Below are positions 61,203-64,000 of a DNA stretch of 64,000 nucleotides, piece after piece (position 1 is the stretch's first letter; each line of letters begins with the position of its first letter). The DNA lies in the NCBI GenBank assembly GCA_965203035.1, contig OZ241858.1:3091063-3155062 (forward strand). The letters run 5' to 3'. The position numbers and the translations under genes were made by a program. Source of the DNA: Candidatus Spongiisocius sp. (GTDB taxonomy: Bacteria > Actinomycetota > Acidimicrobiia > Spongiisociales > Spongiisociaceae). The notes beneath the pieces are model-generated. The model was given only the letters and a program-made list of their open reading frames with translations. It had not been told where the DNA came from and made no database searches.

Positions 61203-64000
<2,798 letters not shown>

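Overview
This is a 64-kb window of a high-GC (about 70%) chromosome that looks actinobacterial. The evidence for that is Cheo-type LexA boxes of the form CGAACATATGTTCG, an imuA'-imuB-dnaE2 mutasome, a LysM gene divergent from lexA, and an mpg-tyrS and dut-tRNA arrangement that mirrors mycobacterial gene order. Genes are densely packed, and many neighbouring genes overlap by ATGA or GTGA. The window contains the following, from low to high coordinate.

- A truncated LLM-class oxidoreductase (1-941, minus strand).
- A LexA-box-preceded error-prone polymerase cassette, imuA'-imuB-dnaE2 (1563-7019).
- A quaternary-amine catabolic island (7165-26337): dimethylglycine dehydrogenase, an MttB-superfamily methyltransferase, the BKACE 3-dehydrocarnitine cleavage enzyme, L-carnitine dehydrogenase fused to a thioesterase domain, acyl-CoA dehydrogenase, an ADP-forming acyl-CoA synthetase, a PhyH-family dioxygenase, a crotonase and two MFS transporters.
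- A low-GC insertion inside that island, carrying a 'mobile mystery protein A/B' pair (HTH protein plus Fic protein) and a Bcr-type MFS transporter.
- A Bcp peroxiredoxin whose peroxidatic Cys codon is an in-frame TGA.
- A DUF4143-like AAA ATPase.
- A large membrane-anchored protein of unknown function (26362-28080) with a (GTA)9 microsatellite, followed by a lower-GC stretch of frame-disrupted small secreted ORFs.
- Two lipoproteins.
- Four tRNAs: Val-CAC, Val-GAC, Cys-GCA and Gly-GCC.
- dut.
- A nucleoside-salvage supercluster (35015-45786): nucleoside hydrolase, MFS transporter, an unknown protein, a BMP-family ABC importer, a LacI-family regulator and ribokinase.
- A LexA-regulated LysM gene divergent from lexA. 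lexA has three SOS boxes and a 51-nt tandem duplication at its 5' end.
- dapF, miaA, miaB and rny.
- A complete rRNA operon on the minus strand (5S-23S-16S).
- A MazEF-like toxin-antitoxin pair just upstream of the rRNA operon.
- tyrS, mpg, an orphan argF, pheT and a truncated pheS.

The most unusual non-coding signal is a ~160-nt structured repeat family with three copies. Two are in tandem downstream of the ABC importer operon. The third is immediately downstream of the 5S rRNA and carries compensatory changes in a conserved hairpin.

All functional calls come from reading the translations for family hallmarks. I ran no database searches. The rRNA ends are approximate.
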